The position numbers and the translations under genes are program-made. DNA of 64,000 nt from an uncultured Planctomycetaceae bacterium (GTDB lineage: Bacteria; Planctomycetota; Planctomycetia; Planctomycetales; Planctomycetaceae): NCBI GenBank assembly GCA_963815195.1, contig CAWFGE010000007.1, positions 128,001-192,000 of the forward strand, read 5' to 3'. Below the pieces are notes generated by a model. It was given only the letters and a program-made list of their open reading frames with translations, was not told the origin of the DNA and ran no database searches. Shown piece by piece: positions 32,327-43,202 of the stretch (position 1 is its first letter; each line of letters opens with the position of its first letter).

Positions 32327-34555
32327 ATGATGTCTTCAAAGCTCTCCACGCTCGCCGTTTGCGTATTTGTGTTTTCCGTCCCCGCGATGGCCGACGAAAA
32401 ACCATCGCCGGCGGTCAGTTTTCAGAACGACGTGATGGCGGTGCTTTCCAAAGCCGGCTGCAACCTGGGCACCTGCCACGGGAACAAGAACGGCAAAGGC
32501 GGGTTTCATCTGTCGCTCCGCGGCCAATCGCCGAGCGAAGACTTCTTCGCCCTCACGCACGATTATTCCGCCCGGCGGGTCAATCCGCTCCGGCCCGCGC
32601 AAAGTTTGATCCTCTTAAAACCCACACTCGACGTGCCCCATGAAGGCGGCAAGCGGTTCGACGTGGGATCGCAGGAATACGAAATCTTGAAAACCTGGAT
32701 CGCCGCGGGTTTGCCGGCCGATCCCGCCGATGTGCCCCGGCTGACCGACCTGATCGTCACGCCGAAAGAGCAAATCCTGTTCGATCCGGCCGACCGCGTC
32801 CAGATCCACGCCGAGGCGGTGTTCTCCGATGACAGCCGGCGGGATGTGACGTCGCTCGCCGTTTACGAACCGGCTCATCCGTTTGTCACCCCGAAACCGA
32901 ACGGGGAAATTCATCGCGAAGGGCACGGCGAAACGACGGTGACCGTGCGGTTCCTCGATCGGCAAGTCCCCGTGCGGTTGGCGTTCTTGCCGAGCCGGCC
33001 GGATTTTCAGTGGAAGGAGATTGCCCCCGCGAACGAGATCGACGAGTTCATCTTCGCCAAACTCCGCCGGTTGCGGATCAATCCCTCGCCGGTTTCAGGC
33101 GACACCGTTTTCCTGCGGCGGGCGTATTTGGATCTCACCGGCCGGATTCCCACGGCGGAAGAAGCCCGAACGTTCCTGGCGGACGAAGACACCGGAAAAC
33201 GTTCCAAGCTGATCGACGACCTGCTCCAGCGGCCGGACTTTGCGGATTTCTGGGCGCTCAAATGGTCGGACCTGTTGCGGAACGAAGAGAAAACCTTGGA
33301 CCGCAAGGGCGTGCAGAATTTTCATGCGTGGATTCGCAATTCGATCGCGCAGGGCAAGCCGCTGGATGCGTTCGCGCGGGAACTGATCGCCGCCCGCGGC
33401 AGCACGTACAAAAACCCGCCGGCGAATTATTACCGGGCGATGCGCGATCCGCTCACGCGGGCCGAGACGACGGCCCAGTTGTTTCTAGGCGTCAGGTTGC
33501 AATGCGCCAAATGCCACAATCATCCGTTCGACCGCTGGACGCAGGCCGACTATTACGGCTGGAGCAATCTGTTCGCCCGCGTGGATTACAAAATCCTCGA
33601 AAACAAACGCCGGGACAAAAACGACAAGCACGAGTTCGCCGGCGAGCAGATCGTGTTTATGGCCAAAGCCGGGGAAGTCAAAAATCCGCAAACGGGAAAT
33701 CCCGCGCCGCCCCAGTTCCTCGGTGCCCAAACCCTTGACGAAAAGGATGAAACCGATCGGCTGTTGGAGCTTTCGGAATGGCTCACGAGTTCCGGCAACG
33801 ACCGCTTCGCCCGCATGCAGGTCAACCGGATCTGGTATCACCTGATGGGCCGGGGTTTGATCGATCCGATCGATGATTTCCGCTCGACGAACCCGCCGAG
33901 CCATCCGGAATTGCTCGACTGGCTGGCGAAAGATTTCGTCGAGCATGGGTTTGATCTCCGGCATACGATTCGGCTCATCATGCAGTCGAAAACTTATCAG
34001 CTCGCCTCCGAACCCACCGCGGAGAACCGGGACGATTTGAATTTTTCGCACGCCCTGATCCGCCGATTGACGGCCGAGCAGATTTTGGATTCCTTGAGCC
34101 GAGTCGCCGGAACGCCGGTGGCCTTTAATGGGTATCCCAAGGACGTTCGCGCCGCCCAGATCCCGGGCGTGGAAGCCGTGCGTGCCCGCGATCAGAAGCC
34201 GAGCCTGGGCGATCAATTCTTAAAGCTATTCGGCAAGCCGCCCCGCCTGCAAAGCTGCGAATGCGAACGTTCCGAAGAGACGACCCTCAATCAGGCCTTT
34301 CAAATGGTGAGCGGTCCGCTGATCAACAATCTGCTCACTGAGCCGGAGAATCAACTCTCTAAACTCCTGGGCGAGTCGGATTCTGCCGCCGAGTGGGCGG
34401 ACGCTCTGTATTGGTCGGCCCTCAGCCGCGCCCCCACGGACCGCGAAAAAGAACTCGCCGTTCAAAACTTGAACCAGGCGAAGGACAAACGCGAAGCCCT
34501 CGAAGATTTGGCGTGGGCCTTATTGAACTCGCACGAGTTCATGCTCCGCAGGTAA
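32327..34555 (+). CDS. Planctomycete DUF1549/DUF1553 protein with CxxCH-like motifs and an Ig-like domain
   Basis: GCNLGTCHG, FLRRAYLDLTG, QCAKCHNHPFDRW, NRIWYHLMGRG and NPPSHPELLDWLA. Confidence 0.92.
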   Translation: MMSSKLSTLAVCVFVFSVPAMADEKPSPAVSFQNDVMAVLSKAGCNLGTCHGNKNGKGGFHLSLRGQSPSEDFFALTHDYSARRVNPLRPAQSLILLKPTLDVPHEGGKRFDVGSQEYEILKTWIAAGLPADPADVPRLTDLIVTPKEQILFDPADRVQIHAEAVFSDDSRRDVTSLAVYEPAHPFVTPKPNGEIHREGHGETTVTVRFLDRQVPVRLAFLPSRPDFQWKEIAPANEIDEFIFAKLRRLRINPSPVSGDTVFLRRAYLDLTGRIPTAEEARTFLADEDTGKRSKLIDDLLQRPDFADFWALKWSDLLRNEEKTLDRKGVQNFHAWIRNSIAQGKPLDAFARELIAARGSTYKNPPANYYRAMRDPLTRAETTAQLFLGVRLQCAKCHNHPFDRWTQADYYGWSNLFARVDYKILENKRRDKNDKHEFAGEQIVFMAKAGEVKNPQTGNPAPPQFLGAQTLDEKDETDRLLELSEWLTSSGNDRFARMQVNRIWYHLMGRGLIDPIDDFRSTNPPSHPELLDWLAKDFVEHGFDLRHTIRLIMQSKTYQLASEPTAENRDDLNFSHALIRRLTAEQILDSLSRVAGTPVAFNGYPKDVRAAQIPGVEAVRARDQKPSLGDQFLKLFGKPPRLQSCECERSEETTLNQAFQMVSGPLINNLLTEPENQLSKLLGESDSAAEWADALYWSALSRAPTDREKELAVQNLNQAKDKREALEDLAWALLNSHEFMLRR

Positions 34556-34668
34556 GTCGCTGATCGCTCCGCGATCGTAGCGGATTTCTCGTGCGACAAT
34601 GGAGGAAAGTGGCACTGGGATTGGAAATCGCCTCTTCACGCGCGACGTGCGCGGAGCGAACGGCGACA
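34555..34668. repeat. REP-like inverted doublet, family B
   Basis: AGTCGCTGATCGCTCCGCG ... CGCGGAGCGAACGGCGAC, located between convergent genes. Confidence 0.65.
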
Positions 34669-34669
34669 T

Positions 34670-35782
34670 TTACGGCTGCAGGGGTTCGAGGTCGAGATCG
34701 ACCGCGTTCCCCTGGAAGTCGATGTCTTCGGCGTGAAACAGCCCGTTGTTGAGGGATTTCTCCGGGTTTTGGACGTAGTCATTTAAGAACTCCGGCATCG
34801 GTTCTTGGCCCGTGCCGGATTTGCGGCTGGAACACACGAGGATGTGGTAGCGGCCGGGGCGGATCAAGCGGAGTTCAAACCGGCCCTCTTTGCCGGCGGG
34901 GACGGCGTTGCCCCCCAAGAGCCGCAGCGCTTGGGTCAAGGTCTTCCGATCCGCAGCCGCGAACCATTCGGCGGGGATTTGTTCCTCGCCCGCAGGATTT
35001 TGCGGAAACGCATAGATCCAGGCGTTTTCATCGGACGCGATGGCGCTTCCCGCCTGGCCGGTGCTGGTTTTCACGGCGCCGCGAACGGCGGGGCGGCCGA
35101 GGCGGAGCATGGGATCGACCGGCTGCGGCCCCGGTGTCGGCGAGCCGGCGGATTGCCCGGGGTTCGTTTCGGGCGAGGAGTTTTCCGAGTGATTCTTTCC
35201 GTCCCAGCGCCCCACGGCAAAGCCGACGGCAATCGCCACGAATCCGACCATGAGAAACGCCAGCCAAAGTCTCCAGGGCAGTTCGTTGGTCCAAGCGAAC
35301 TGGCCGAACGGGGGCGGGATGGTTGGCCGCGAAGGAGCGTCGGGAGATTCCGACTGGGCGAGGGTCGCCAACTCCGCGAGCGCCGAGTGGGCGCAGAGCG
35401 TTTCCTCGTCTTCATCCACGGGAGGTTCGCTCGGCGGTTCGATGGGTTCGGCCGGCGGTTGCGGGTCGGCGGGGATGACCTTGGGCGGCGGGGCGTGCAC
35501 TTCGCGGGTCTCCCGCACATCGCCCGAGCGCTGATACCGGGGCGGAAGCTCGGGCAACGCCACCGAGGACGATTGGGCGATCGCGGCCACTTCGTTCAAA
35601 GCTTTCGCGAGCTGCGAGTCCTCGTGGTCCAAGGCCGGCACCCCCACCCGCTCGGCCTGGCCGTCTTTCTGCGGAACCTTGACCGATCGCCCGCACGTCG
35701 GACAATCCACGACCATTCCCGCCTTGGAATGCGAGATGCCTAGATATTGTCCGCAATGGATGCAACGAAATTTAATTGGCAT
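34670..35782 (-). CDS. Zinc-ribbon, Pro-rich, single-TM hypothetical protein
   Basis: MPIKFRCIHCGQ...CPTCG, a Pro-rich linker and one TM helix. Confidence 0.8.
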   Translation of the reverse strand: MPIKFRCIHCGQYLGISHSKAGMVVDCPTCGRSVKVPQKDGQAERVGVPALDHEDSQLAKALNEVAAIAQSSSVALPELPPRYQRSGDVRETREVHAPPPKVIPADPQPPAEPIEPPSEPPVDEDEETLCAHSALAELATLAQSESPDAPSRPTIPPPFGQFAWTNELPWRLWLAFLMVGFVAIAVGFAVGRWDGKNHSENSSPETNPGQSAGSPTPGPQPVDPMLRLGRPAVRGAVKTSTGQAGSAIASDENAWIYAFPQNPAGEEQIPAEWFAAADRKTLTQALRLLGGNAVPAGKEGRFELRLIRPGRYHILVCSSRKSGTGQEPMPEFLNDYVQNPEKSLNNGLFHAEDIDFQGNAVDLDLEPLQP

Positions 35783-35842
35783 GATTCAGAACGGGAAACG
35801 GGAATCTCGGAACGCTAAGAACCATTCGAGAAACAACCGTCC

Positions 35843-35910
35843 AATTATCAGCCGGAACGCGCTAGCGTCCGGTTCTTCCCATGAACCGGGGCTAGCGCCC
35901 TGCGGCTAAT
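35843..35910. repeat. REP-like doublet, family A
   Basis: ATCAGCCGGAACGCGCTAGCGTCCGGTTC ... GAACCGGGGCTAGCGCCCTGCGGCTAAT. Confidence 0.8.
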
Positions 35911-35938
35911 AAATGCGACAATTATTGATCGAGCGATC

Positions 35939-36178
35939 CTAATCTTGTCTTTCGTCCTCCAGATGCATCATACATGTGGTCAGCAATCCGATCCAGGCGA
36001 TGGCGTTTACGCCCCAGCAGGCGGCGAGTCCCCAGAACACGCCCAGGCAGAATCTCGCTCCCGCTACATCGCCCAACGCGGACAATCCGCTCCACAGGCT
36101 GCCGAAGATGGCACAGCCCAACGCCAACACCGCCGCCAACCAAACGCAGCGGATGATCCTTTCCCGCGTGTGCTCCAT
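35939..36178 (-). CDS. Small two-TM hypothetical protein
   Basis: 79-aa hydrophobic ORF starting MEHTRERII. Confidence 0.55.
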   Translation of the reverse strand: MEHTRERIIRCVWLAAVLALGCAIFGSLWSGLSALGDVAGARFCLGVFWGLAACWGVNAIAWIGLLTTCMMHLEDERQD

Positions 36179-36335
36179 TGCGATCGGCCTCCTTGCCAAA
36201 ACGATTTCGTGACAGTTTCCATGCAGGAATCCGGAAGAAAAAACTTTTCACGGATTCTGTTTAGACTCTGATTATTGTACAATAAAGGAGAGATTCACCC
36301 ATTCCAATTTTTTGGGAAAGTTTCCTGATTTTGCG

Positions 36336-37700
36336 ATGAACGCGTCCGATTTTCTCAGGCGGGAGATCAACCGCCGGCAATTTTTAGGCTCCTCGGCGAA
36401 AAACGCCGCCGGAGTGGCGGCGGGTTTGGTCGGCGTGGGCCTCGCGGCGCAGGCGGCCCACGCCGCCCCTAATGAACGCGTGAACCTTGGGGTCATCGGC
36501 GTTCGCGGGCAGGGAAAAGCGCTGGCGGAGAGCTTTGCGGCGCTTCCGGATGCCGAGGTCGTGGCGGTTTGCGATATTGACGAAACCATCGCCCGCGAAA
36601 CGGCGAATACGGTTGCGGAAATCCAGGGCCGGGCACCGAAGCGCGTGCACGATTTCCGCAAGGTCTTGGACGATCCCCGGGTGGATGCGGTCGTGATCGC
36701 GACGCCGGACCATTGGCACGCCCTGATGATGATCCTCGCCTGCCAGGCCGGGAAAGATGTGTATATTGAAAAGCCGGTTTCGCATAACTTGGCGGAAGGC
36801 GAACGCATGCTCGCCGCGGCCCGGCACACGGGGCGGATCGTGCAATGCGGCCTCCAACAGCGGAGCCAGTCGCATTTCCGCTCGGCGATCGAGTTCGTGC
36901 AGAGCGGAAAACTCGGTCAGGTCCCGCTCGCCAAGGCGTGGTGCGTCAACCGCCGAAAGTCGATCGGCTTCAAGTCCGAATGCGAAGTGCCGCCGGGCGT
37001 CGATTACAATCTCTGGCTCGGCCCCGCGCCCGAGCGACAGTTCCAGCCGAATCGCTTTCATCACAACTGGCATTGGTTCTGGGATTATGGCACGGGCGAA
37101 TTGGGCAACTGGGGCGTGCACATGGTCGATGTCGCCCGCTGGGGCCTGGGCGTCGATTGGCCGGAGCAAGTGACCGCGAGCGGCGGCAAGCACGCTTTTT
37201 ACGACGACCAGGAAACGCCGGACACGTTGTTCGTCAACTACCACTTCCAGCCCGCGGCCAAAACCCAGAGACCCCAACACATCGCCGCCCCCAAAACGAT
37301 CGTCTGGGAACATCGCCTGTGGAGCCATCACGGCATCGAAGGCCGGAGCACCGCGGTTGCATTCTACGGCGAGCGCGGCACGCTGATTCTCGATCGCGGC
37401 GGCTGGAAAGTTTACGGCACGCGGGAAGCCCCTTCCTCCGAACCGGGCGACGGGCTCACACCGCACCTCCGGAATTTTATTGACGCCATCAAAGGCCAGG
37501 CCCCGCTCGCCTGCAATTTGGCGGCCGGTCACATGAGCTCGGGGCTTTGTCACCTCGGCAACATCGCCTACCGCACCAGCGGCCATCTGGCGGTGGACGC
37601 TCGGCGGCCGGACTTCGGATTGACAGGCGACGCCTTGAACCTCATCAGCCGCGAATACCGTTCCCCGTGGCAGTTGCCCGATCTCTCACCCAAAAGTTAA
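36336..37700 (+). CDS. Gfo/Idh/MocA oxidoreductase with Tat signal
   Basis: NRRQFL, GVIGVRGQG, ATPDHWH, VYIEKP and GNWGVH. Confidence 0.93.
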   Translation: MNASDFLRREINRRQFLGSSAKNAAGVAAGLVGVGLAAQAAHAAPNERVNLGVIGVRGQGKALAESFAALPDAEVVAVCDIDETIARETANTVAEIQGRAPKRVHDFRKVLDDPRVDAVVIATPDHWHALMMILACQAGKDVYIEKPVSHNLAEGERMLAAARHTGRIVQCGLQQRSQSHFRSAIEFVQSGKLGQVPLAKAWCVNRRKSIGFKSECEVPPGVDYNLWLGPAPERQFQPNRFHHNWHWFWDYGTGELGNWGVHMVDVARWGLGVDWPEQVTASGGKHAFYDDQETPDTLFVNYHFQPAAKTQRPQHIAAPKTIVWEHRLWSHHGIEGRSTAVAFYGERGTLILDRGGWKVYGTREAPSSEPGDGLTPHLRNFIDAIKGQAPLACNLAAGHMSSGLCHLGNIAYRTSGHLAVDARRPDFGLTGDALNLISREYRSPWQLPDLSPKS

Positions 37701-37740
37701 CCGCCTCGAGGAAATGCACCAAGAAGGGATGCCGGGTGCC

Positions 37741-39345
37741 ATGTATGATTGTATTGTGATCGGGGCGGGACATAACGGGCTGGTCTGTGCCAATTACCTG
37801 GCGGCGGCCGGTTGGAAAGTCCTGGTGCTCGAACGCCGGCATGTGTTGGGCGGGGCCTGTGTGACGGAGGAACTCTGGCCGGGCTACAAAGTCTCGACCG
37901 CGGCTTATGTCGTCAGCCTTTTGCTCCCCGAGATCGAACGCGACCTGGACCTGGCCCGGCACGGCTACCGCGTGCTGCCTCGAAATCCCTCGTCGTTCAC
38001 GCCGCTCGAAAACGGGCAATCTCTCTTATTGGGCCGGGACCGCGAGTTCAATCAACAAGAGATCGCGAAGTTCTCGGAAAAAGACGCCGGCGCCTTTCCG
38101 CAATATGAAGCCTTGTTGGAACGCATCGCCGAGGTTTTGGAACCGACGCTCAGCGACACGCCGCCGGACTTTTTGCCGCTGCCCAAGTCCTGGCGGCCGC
38201 CTTCGTGGAAACGGCGGTTCCGCGACCTGAAGCGGGGCTTGAAGTTGACCCGCGCTCTCAAAAAGCTGGGCAGCGATTTGCCGGAGGCGATCGAAATCCT
38301 CACCGGCTCCGCCCGCACGATTTTGGACCGCTGGTTCGAATCGGACGTTTTGAAAGCCACGCTCGCGACCGATGCCGTCATCGGCACCTTCCAGCCGATT
38401 TCCGCGCCGGGAACCGCGTATGTGCTTTTGCATCACGTGATGGGCTCCGCCGGCGGCGCGCGGGGCGTGTGGGGCTATGTGGAAGGTGGGATGGGAGCGC
38501 TCTCGAATGCCCTGGCGAAGTCGGCCCGCGAACGGGGCGTGGAAATCCGCACCGAAACGCCCGTCGAGGAAATCTGCGTCGCCGGCGGCCGGGTCGCGGG
38601 CGTTCGCATCGCTGGCGGAGAAGTCCTCCCGGCCCGAAACGTGGCATCCAATGTGGATCCGCACTTAACCTTCGAGCGTTTGTTGAACTCCGAGCATCTG
38701 CCGGAGAATTTCCGCAAAGCCGTCGCGAGGATCGATTACGCGAGCGCCAGCTTGAAGATCAATCTCGGCGTGAAAGAACTCCCCAACTTCACTTGCCTGC
38801 CGAATACCGATTCCGAACCGCAGCCGCATCACCGCGGGACGATTCACATCGGGGCGAGCAGCGAGTATCTGGAGCGGGCTTACGATGATGCCAAGTACGG
38901 CCGGCCGTCCTCGCGTCCGATTGTGGAGATGACGATTCCCTCCGCGGTGGACCGCACGATCAGTCCGGACGGCGAGCACATTCTTTCGCTGTTCGTGCAG
39001 TATGCGCCGTATCATCTGGCCGAGGGAAATTGGGACGACATCAAGGAATCGTTCGCGGACCGTTGCCTGGAAGAAGTCGCCCGCTACGCCCCGAACGTGC
39101 CGGGCTCGGTGCTGTATCGGCAGGTGCTTTCGCCGGTGGATTTGGAGCGGACCTTCGGGCTCACGGGCGGAAACATCTTTCAAGGGGCGATGCCACTGCA
39201 TCAGTTGTTCAATCTCCGCCCCGTGCCCGGCTGGAGCGACTACCGCACGCCCATCGAAGGCCTGTTCCTCTGCGGGAGCGCGGCCCATCCCGGCGGCGGC
39301 GTGATGGGCGCCTGCGGCAAAAACGCCGCCCACGAAATGCTTTAA
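37741..39345 (+). CDS. Phytoene-desaturase-like FAD oxidoreductase (PYROXD2 type)
   Basis: IGAGHNGL, GGACVTEE, YVLLHH, GGNIFQG and HPGGGVMGACG. Confidence 0.9.
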   Translation: MYDCIVIGAGHNGLVCANYLAAAGWKVLVLERRHVLGGACVTEELWPGYKVSTAAYVVSLLLPEIERDLDLARHGYRVLPRNPSSFTPLENGQSLLLGRDREFNQQEIAKFSEKDAGAFPQYEALLERIAEVLEPTLSDTPPDFLPLPKSWRPPSWKRRFRDLKRGLKLTRALKKLGSDLPEAIEILTGSARTILDRWFESDVLKATLATDAVIGTFQPISAPGTAYVLLHHVMGSAGGARGVWGYVEGGMGALSNALAKSARERGVEIRTETPVEEICVAGGRVAGVRIAGGEVLPARNVASNVDPHLTFERLLNSEHLPENFRKAVARIDYASASLKINLGVKELPNFTCLPNTDSEPQPHHRGTIHIGASSEYLERAYDDAKYGRPSSRPIVEMTIPSAVDRTISPDGEHILSLFVQYAPYHLAEGNWDDIKESFADRCLEEVARYAPNVPGSVLYRQVLSPVDLERTFGLTGGNIFQGAMPLHQLFNLRPVPGWSDYRTPIEGLFLCGSAAHPGGGVMGACGKNAAHEML

Positions 39346-39490
39346 ACCGGTGGCGCCGCCAATTCAAAAAACCGAAGCCGCGAAACCCTTTTTCTCCGCG
39401 GATTCGGTCCTGTTGATCGCTTTCTCTTAAGCCGGTTTTTGTAAGCGGCTGGGCGCTACCACCTAACACCGTGCCGCTCGGGCCCGACGC

Positions 39491-39525
39491 AAAAAGCCTC
39501 CGATGGGCAAATGCCAATCGGAGGC
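39491..39525 (-). terminator. Rho-independent terminator of the 39582-39812 gene
   Basis: Minus strand reads GCCTCCGATTGGC-ATTT-GCCCATCGGAGGC-TTTTT. Confidence 0.75.
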
Positions 39526-39581
39526 CGGGCTGCGGGGAATGTTGTTTGGTTTTGCTTTATGGGTTTGATTTTCCCAGACGA

Positions 39582-39812
39582 TCAGGCGGCGTCGGAAAAC
39601 GGCAGAATCGATTGGTCCTCGTCTTCCGCGTCTTCGTAAACCAACGCGTATACGTTGTTGATCGCTTCATCCAAATACGCTTGGATGTTCAGGCTTTCCA
39701 CCGTATCTCGCAATTCTTCCAACGAGGCGCACACGCGGTCCACTTCGTCATAAGAGATTTCTTCATATTCGGTTTCGTCTGTGGGATTCGGGGGCAGTTG
39801 TTCGTCCGCCAT
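39582..39812 (-). CDS. Small acidic hypothetical protein
   Basis: 76 aa with GGAAGGAAG RBS-like sequence upstream and a terminator downstream. Confidence 0.75.
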   Translation of the reverse strand: MADEQLPPNPTDETEYEEISYDEVDRVCASLEELRDTVESLNIQAYLDEAINNVYALVYEDAEDEDQSILPFSDAA

Positions 39813-40026
39813 GACTGCTTCCTTCCACTCTGAGAATCAAAGGGACACGACCAGAACCACATATCGGCCGGCAGCGCGGGAATTCCTCACCCCACCTGCC
39901 CGCGTCCGCAGAGTTTTCCCAGTTTGAAATAACGTTCCCAAAAACCCCGCCTTGAGACGCCGGGGCGCAAAAAAACGGCAGCGGAAAGCCTCTGCTCTCC
40001 GTTGCCGTTCATCCGGTGATTTCAGG

Positions 40027-40093
40027 GAACCGGGGCTAGCGCCCTGCGGCAAATGAGGAATCATCAGCCGCAGCAGGATGGCGTCCGGTTCAT
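40027..40093. repeat. REP-like copies, family A
   Basis: GAACCGGGGCTAGCGCCCTGCGGC plus a degenerate second arm. Confidence 0.7.
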
Positions 40094-40099
40094 CGGTCG

Positions 40100-40621
40100 T
40101 TAATTGCCCAGCGCTTCCCGGAAGGTGAAGGTGTGCAGCGGGGCCAAGGGAATGGGGGTGATGGCGCGGTTGGTGTCGTTATACGGGAAACCATACGCGG
40201 CCACTTTTCCGCTGGTCAATTCGCCGATGTAGATCACGCCCGTGGCCATCGTGAGCCGGCCTTGGCTGGGAAGCTGGGCGTTTCCGGTGACGAAGGCATA
40301 ATGCGGCGTGGCGGCCGGGTCCACGGAAAAGTCGGCGGCGATATTCCGATAATAAAAGTTCGTGAACTTGCCCGTCTTGCCCAGAACCGCCCCTTTGAGC
40401 TGCCCGGTCAGAAAGTCCAGAACGAACACGCCTTCCAAGTGGTCGCGGACGCCCCCGAAGGTCACGTCTTTCACCGGCACCGTCACCATCGCAAACTTGT
40501 CGTCCCGATCGGAAACCCCCGCGTGCATAGGTTCTTGCGGCCAAAACCACGACACGGCCACGCCCACCGCCACACCCGCCATTAACCACAAATACCGATT
40601 TCCAGATTGCAATGAAGTCAC
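40100..40621 (-). CDS. Hypothetical exported or anchored protein
   Basis: GTG start after GGAGGG, N-terminal TM segment and VFVLDFLTGQLKG. Confidence 0.75.
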   Translation of the reverse strand: MTSLQSGNRYLWLMAGVAVGVAVSWFWPQEPMHAGVSDRDDKFAMVTVPVKDVTFGGVRDHLEGVFVLDFLTGQLKGAVLGKTGKFTNFYYRNIAADFSVDPAATPHYAFVTGNAQLPSQGRLTMATGVIYIGELTSGKVAAYGFPYNDTNRAITPIPLAPLHTFTFREALGN

Positions 40622-40836
40622 CGCAAATCCCTCCAAATGTGTTTCGAGAAAAAGCCATCCCGCAGGTGGGGCGAAGCAAGTCGATTCCCCACCTGACGAT
40701 ACCAAAATCCGACCCAAACCACCAGAGGCATTTTGCACAGGTTAAAGAGTTGAGTTTCGCCGTTCCCGTGCGTCGCGCGAATCTGCGATAGACTGATGTG
40801 CCAACCGATTTTCTATCCAAACTTGGGGGAGACGTC

Positions 40837-42213
40837 ATGTTGCGATTTGCCGCTGTGTGGGCCGTCCTGTTTTGGATGATCGTCGGCACGTCCGCCGCGC
40901 GGGGCGAGACCGCCCGTTCCGAATTTCGCCTGGCCGTGTTTTCAACCGACGTGACGATTCCCCTCGGGCATCGCTGCATGGGCATCTTGCCGACGAAGGC
41001 CAAGGTCATCGAAGACCCCTTGGAGGCGCGCGGCTTCGTGCTGCTCGGCCCGGATAAGCCGCTGGTGCTCTGCGCCCTCGATTGGTGCGAAGTGCGAAAC
41101 GGCGCCTACGACGAATGGCGGGATGCGCTCGCCCAGGCGGCGGGAACAACCCGCGAACGGGTGCTCGTCAGTTGCCTGCATCAGCACGATGCCCCCGTCG
41201 CGGACAGCGGGGCCCAGAAACTTTTGGATCAAGTCGGCCTGAAGAAAGAACTCTACAATCCCGAGTTTCATGCCGAGTGCATCCGGCGAACGACGCTGGC
41301 TCTCAAAGAGAGTCTCGAGTCGGCCCGCCCCGTCACGCATTTGGGCCTCGGGCAAGCCAAAGCCCTAAAGGTCGCGTCCAATCGCCGGGTCGTCGCGGAG
41401 GACGGCCGCGTAGATTACAACCGCTATAGCCGGTCCGGCGGCGATCCCTTTCACAGCCAGGCTGCCGACGGTTTGATCGATCCCTACCTCAAGACGATCA
41501 GCTTTTGGAACGGCGACGAGCCTCTGCTCGCGCTCTCCGCGTATGCCACGCATCCCATGAGTTATTACGGCCGAGGCGGAGTGAGCGCGGATTTTGTCGG
41601 CCTCGCCCGCCGGCGCGGGCAGCGGGAGCATCCCAAGGTCTTTCAGATCTACGTCACGGGTTGCAGCGGCAATATCACCGCCGGCAAATACAACGACGGC
41701 TCCCCCGCGATGCGGCCGCTGTTGGCCGAGCGGATCTATCGCGCAATGAAACAAGCCTGGACCGACACGAAACGGCAACCGCTCGAGACCGTCAACTTTC
41801 GCAGCGCAAAACTCGATCTGCCCTTCCACGACGGCCCCGACTTCACTCGCGAGGCCCTGACGAAAACCCTGAATGACCCGAAGGCCAAAACGGAAGACCG
41901 CATCCTGGCCGCGATGAGCCTCAGCAGCCGAGACCGCATCGACCGCGGGGAAAAGATCGATCTGCCCTGTATCGACTTCGGTCCGGCTCAAATCGTCGTC
42001 TTCCCCGGCGAAGCTTTTGTGGGCTATCAACTGCTCGCCCAAAAGCTCCGGCCCGATTCGTTCGTCCTCTCCATAGGCTACGGGGAATGCTGGCCCGGTT
42101 ATATCCCCACCAAATCCGCGTTTGCAGACGGCTTCAACCACGACTGGCGCTGGGTCGCCCCCGGCTGCGAAGAAAAAATCCAAAACGCCCTCAAGGAAGT
42201 GCTTAAGCCATAG
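40837..42213 (+). CDS. Exported hypothetical hydrolase, neutral-ceramidase-like fold
   Basis: Signal peptide, HQHDAP, YATHPMSYYG, GCSGN and GYIPT. Confidence 0.7.
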   Translation: MLRFAAVWAVLFWMIVGTSAARGETARSEFRLAVFSTDVTIPLGHRCMGILPTKAKVIEDPLEARGFVLLGPDKPLVLCALDWCEVRNGAYDEWRDALAQAAGTTRERVLVSCLHQHDAPVADSGAQKLLDQVGLKKELYNPEFHAECIRRTTLALKESLESARPVTHLGLGQAKALKVASNRRVVAEDGRVDYNRYSRSGGDPFHSQAADGLIDPYLKTISFWNGDEPLLALSAYATHPMSYYGRGGVSADFVGLARRRGQREHPKVFQIYVTGCSGNITAGKYNDGSPAMRPLLAERIYRAMKQAWTDTKRQPLETVNFRSAKLDLPFHDGPDFTREALTKTLNDPKAKTEDRILAAMSLSSRDRIDRGEKIDLPCIDFGPAQIVVFPGEAFVGYQLLAQKLRPDSFVLSIGYGECWPGYIPTKSAFADGFNHDWRWVAPGCEEKIQNALKEVLKP

Positions 42214-42317
42214 ACGACAAAGGATGGCAATGCGACGATAAACAGCCGCGCACACAGTAAGCGGTCAATCATTGGCTCCCGCTTACGGCTTGCGAGGCTC
42301 TTTTCCACGAGCGATCC

Positions 42318-43202
42318 CTATTCCCCGGACATCTGCCGGCGGATGACGTCCCACGCAGTGAGGGCGTCGCGGACGGCGCGCACGTCGTGAACGCGAAGAA
42401 TGTCGGCATGCTGCATGGCGAGAGCGACGGAGACTCCAATCGTGCCGCTCGATCGTTCTTCAACAGGCCGGCCTAGGAGTGTTTTCAAAAACCCTTTGCG
42501 GGAATGACCGACCAACACCGGCCGGCCGAGGCTGCGAAACTGTTTAATGTGCGAGAGGATCTCCAGGTTATGTTGAGCGGTCTTTCCAAACCCCACGCCG
42601 GGATCGAGCACAACGCGGCTTCGCTCGATCCCCGCTTGCTCCAGAGCATGGAGGCGCTCTAGGAAATAGTCGTTAACCTCTCGAACGACATCGTCGTATT
42701 GCGGGTTGTCCTGCATGGTTTGAGGCGTCCCCAGAATGTGCATGCACACAATCCCCGCATTGTTCGTTTGACAAAGGGGAAGCATCTCCGGATCAAACCT
42801 TAATCCGGAAATATCGTTCACAATCTGTGCCCCGTGATCGATCGCCTGCCGAGCGACGTCCGACTTGGTGGTGTCGATCGAAAGCGGCACACCGGTTCGC
42901 CGGGCGAGTTCCTTGACAACAGGGACAACCCGCCCCAGTTCCTCTTCCAACTCGACGAGCCTGGCACCGGGGCGGGTGGACTCGCCGCCGATGTCCAGAA
43001 TGTCGGCGCCTTCCTCAACGAGTTGGAGGCCATGCTCGACGGCGGCCTCCGCAGCTCGAAACAGCCCGCCGTCGGAAAAACTGTCCGGCGTGACGTTCAC
43101 GATCCCCATGATTTTCGGGAACGCCCCCAGCTCCCAACTCTGCCCGCAAAACTCCCAAGGGCAGAGCGTCGCTTCAGAAACCGGTTGTTGTTCAGCGCTC
43201 AT
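42318..43202 (-). CDS. folP: Dihydropteroate synthase
   Basis: MGIVNVTPDSFSDGG, GGESTRPG, DPGVGFGK, GHSRK and RVHDV. Confidence 0.97.
   Translation of the reverse strand: MSAEQQPVSEATLCPWEFCGQSWELGAFPKIMGIVNVTPDSFSDGGLFRAAEAAVEHGLQLVEEGADILDIGGESTRPGARLVELEEELGRVVPVVKELARRTGVPLSIDTTKSDVARQAIDHGAQIVNDISGLRFDPEMLPLCQTNNAGIVCMHILGTPQTMQDNPQYDDVVREVNDYFLERLHALEQAGIERSRVVLDPGVGFGKTAQHNLEILSHIKQFRSLGRPVLVGHSRKGFLKTLLGRPVEERSSGTIGVSVALAMQHADILRVHDVRAVRDALTAWDVIRRQMSGE

Noticed and set aside
39480..39530. c-di-GMP-I riboswitch-like GACGCAAA..GCCTCCG
   Set aside because: The upstream GAAA-tetraloop stem is missing, and the site is better explained as a minus-strand terminator.
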